A stretch of 64,000 nucleotides of DNA from Tubulanus polymorphus (lineage: Eukaryota > Animalia > Nemertea), in assembly GCF_964204645.1 (NCBI RefSeq), contig NC_134028.1:4402001-4466000 (forward strand). Reading direction: 5' to 3'. The stretch's first letter is position 1. Every line of letters begins with the position of its first letter. A program made the position numbers and the translations under genes. The notes beneath the pieces are model-generated. The model saw nothing but the letters and a program-made list of their open reading frames with translations, searched no databases and was not told where the DNA came from. Shown in pieces: positions 60,211-64,000 of this stretch.

Positions 60211-63014
60211 AATAAGCTTTTTACGCTTTTGTAATTGAAGCAAAATCAACAGCTTTTTAATACACCATAAATACATCAAATGCGAAATGGAAAATCATAT
60301 TCTCCACTGTATGGCTTAATAATAGTTCAACTGATCAATGATGGCTGTGTTTTTAACTGAAAGATGACGCGGAAAGAATCCTTCTCCTAACTGTCTCAAT
60401 TGAGTGTATTATAGTATTACAGGCATTCTTACGAGTTTGGACGCCTGACTGTGTCAATCTAAATCGTCTTGCCCTAACTGCGGTTCATAAGAGTTCACTC
60501 GTAAAATGCTTCTCGTCTGGAGTCAGCATTTTGTAAGTTCGATTTGATGTGGCTAATGTATTTTCCAGCATAATATATGATATATTCGGATGGTTGAATT
60601 GAAATGTATGTAATGCCTCTTGTTCGCTGATGAATTCATGTGTTTATATTTGTATCTCACACACGTATAACGTAACCTGAAATGTTTCGCAAATACTTTT
60701 CGGCTCAAGAACAAGTTTTGCTTAAATCGTATTCATTGCTTTGATTCTTTGATTCTATTTTGGCTCTAAGTAGCTTATATTTGAGCTAGACTTCTTCGTG
60801 AAACTGAGTCCCTGATTTACAAAGTCTATACGGTATTTTTCAGTGTGATCGTGGTCTATGCATTATTTTTTTTTTGAATAACTTTTCAGCGGAAAAATGT
60901 ATGATATTTTAAGAGAAACATCGATTTAACGAAAGAATCTTTGCTAATACATTCGCTATTGAGAGGAATTATCGCCGGAACCTAATCATACTTTAGACGA
61001 ACATTTTTCTCATCAGATTTATGCAGTCAGAATGCAAACGAAATTGTGCGCGCTATTGATGTTATGATCCCCTGTACTTAATACCAGTACCAGTGTCAGA
61101 GTTAAGATCGAAAAATCTATGCATTGAATTGATTCCGCGATAGAATTAATTTGTGATATTATATTAAACACTTGTTTTTAGTAGTCGGTGATCTGCGCAC
61201 CCTACCTAATGATTCGTTATGCATTCTTTTCCTTATAAACTTCATGACGTTCACTTTTGTAGCTTTGACGCCATATCAATGTCAGAGGATAAGACGAAGG
61301 ATTGTCTTAATTAGTGTCGGTTTACTAGAACAAATCACTAGTACTTCCTAGTTTGAAGACTGCACATTAGTTAGCGGCTTACACGTGCCATCGGGGATAT
61401 TTTTTAGGTTACACATCGTGGTGGTGTCCAGAGAGTATATAACGGTCAGTGTTATTTTGAGTCAGTGAAGTCGAACCATAAAGCCACAACAAAATCACAA
61501 CTTGAACAAAACTCATTACTTAAAACAGTATATTACACGGAGTCATTTTAGCCGCAACAGGTATAATATATGGAATAATCTATGTACAGAAGGGTATATA
61601 AGCCCACCGCAGAAATAAACAACTATTTATGTTTATTTCTGCTGTTGGCTTTATTCCATTCATTATACCATATGAGGTTGAAGTCATTCAGGAAAATCAA
61701 TCATACTGTAATACACTATTTTCAAGGATGAATTTCATGAAAGTTGTGATTTTGTTGTGGTTTTGTCATTCGAATCTCTTCCTAGAAGTCGAACCAGTTC
61801 AGCCGTTGTCCACATCTGCTGCTGGATACATTCAGTGGATTCCAGTTTTAAAGTCGTTGTAAATACATACATCGTATTTGATAAATAGGATCAACTGAAA
61901 TGAGTTGATATTTTGTGTGTGAAAAAGTGCATGCTTTTAGATCATCGATAATAGGATACAAATATAAACTGTTTCTTATTGTTCACAATTAATTACATAT
62001 TGATATTTCAATTAGCATGCAGATTATCGATAACATTATTTTGTACTACGTACCTTTGCTAAAGCATTTGTCTGAAGATTTTATTTTGATATATATATGG
62101 CGAATACTATATTGTAAATATATTAGTAACGTTAATTTATTTTTCCCTGGTTTTAGGCGTCGGTCAAAGTGTCGATCGTGTATTGTTCAATGTTGAGTAC
62201 CATATTGTAATGGATGGCATATACTTGTAGTGCTTTTTCGTTTGGATAATTTTAGATTAATTCAGAGTTTTTAATAAACAGTTGAGATGTAAAGTCGTTC
62301 CATCATTGTGGGTTAACTGATTAATGGAAATAGATTAATTGGTAACATAAAAATGAATCATGAAAATTAGCAGTTTTGCGGTTGAAGACTATACGACCAT
62401 TTAGCCGACTGAAGAATCATTTACGGTAACTGTACAGCTGTGGTTCTCAGATCATCTGGCTATTCAATCAAAGAATTGTTATTTCAACGATCCTAGAATG
62501 TTGGTAGTTTAGAATATTTTTTACTTTTGCTTATTCGTCAGCATATTGTTTATGTCGTATAGCATGAGCTTTTAGTATTTGACACCTCTGTTTTTAAGTT
62601 CTCTGTGATAAATAATACTTAAGTTATTGAAGAAAAGTCATTTGATTTTAACGTGTAAAGTCATTTAGTTTTAGTTTGTTAAAATCAGTAAATGAAGTGG
62701 ATTTAATAAAAGTGATTTTAAGCATTGATACTAGGGTAGATTATGCTATAGGTTGAAAGTATTATCATTTTTGACGAGTTCTATTCTGTTTTGCTTTTAT
62801 AAAAGTGCTTGTAAAACCTGTATCACGTACTAACGATGAATCAATGTCAAATCTGTTGTGAAAGGTGCAGTGACAATGTATTTGGTCCAACCAAAGATGC
62901 TTTGATTGTAACGTAATATTATGGTGGTTCTCACTAAGGGTTAGGGTTAGAAAATCGACACGGAAATCATTTGTCTTCAAGGCTTTTTATACTTGTTTGC
63001 CTCGACCACATTTA

Positions 63015-63115
63015 GGGTCAATTTCACAAAAATTTTACACAAAACTGCAATAAAGATCGGAGAAAAACTACCGGTAAACTGAGTTTAGCTTAAACTTTTT
63101 TGTGAACTTGGGCCC
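63015..63115. mobile_element. About 100-bp degenerate MITE
   Basis: Imperfect inverted ends GGGTCAATTTCACAAAAA / TTTTTGTGAACTTGGGCCC, related to the ends at 28767 and 49922. Confidence 0.55.
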
Positions 63116-64000
63116 AAATATCTAATGCACCAGTAATATTGTAATACTGTTCATGAATCTGTAAAGTTTATTTTGAAAATGAAGTGAGAATGCATCTAGT
63201 TCTACAATAACCATTGAATGTTTTTCCCTCCCGACTCGTTACTATAGATGTATAGTAACCTTCATTCATAAACTGTAGTTTTGTGAAGAACTCAAATTTG
63301 TTACTAGATACGTTATATTAACTGCGAAATATGTGTCATGTTGCTTGCGCTATTTGTCACAAAATGTTCGTTGTCTGTACAAGTTGATGATAATTATCAT
63401 GTGATTATATCTTAAATGACAATAAAACAATTTTGATTTAAAACAAAAAGCAGTCGTGTCATTGATGATGCGAATGAAGACATCGCAGGGATGTTTGTAA
63501 ATCATCTTTTCTTATATCCTCAACTCCTTAATGATAGCGTGGTCCTTAAAACTTCTGCTTCCTGGACAAGATATTGCATTGTTTTCCTGGCTTGTGTTGC
63601 TCTTACTAGCTGCGATACATGGTTTTTTTCGGTAAGATTTCATCGAAAGGAAACTCTCCACGAAGAAAACAAAGTGAAAGATATCTGCATATTTCCAAAT
63701 ATATTATAACTCTATATATATTTCAAAACAAAAAACATCAAAAAGCCAACATCGGGTAATGCAACACGCAACAACAAGGACTAGAAACAGTTCAACACAA
63801 ATACTGCAGTTACATTTTAAACACGAGATAGTTTCTTAGTGAAAGACCAATCGGCAAAGACTTAACATCATCATTCTGCAGATCTAAACTTCCTTTATAA
63901 CGTATAATTTGATGTCTAATTACATTTCTACACAGACAAAGCAATTTAGGAGGGGTCGATAACAAAAGTTTTGCTCGAATGATAAATTCTTTATCGGTAT

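Overview
This is eukaryotic genomic DNA (AT-rich, many short GT-AG introns), most consistent with an invertebrate animal; nothing looks prokaryotic and there is no CRISPR array. I assembled gene models by hand by joining exons at GT-AG sites. In order: about 11 kb of non-coding sequence, probably intron(s) of a minus-strand gene running off the left edge; a DYDC/Dpy-30-domain gene; FBXL15; a 2.5-kb TIR element with an internal satellite; two intronless LicD-family genes; BolA; three secreted or surface genes on the minus strand (stand-alone PLAT, astacin, Ly6/Quiver-like); TVP23 head-to-head with a TMEM243-like gene; and RPS2 head-to-head with a large multi-exon membrane-protein gene I cannot name. 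I cannot claim a clearly new biological system. The best leads are the mosaic LicD pair, the secreted single-PLAT protein and its neighbours, the unnamed membrane protein with candidate cassette exons, and inverted B-boxes in the RPS2 promoter. All identities come from motif recognition without database searches, and exon boundaries are approximate to a few bases.
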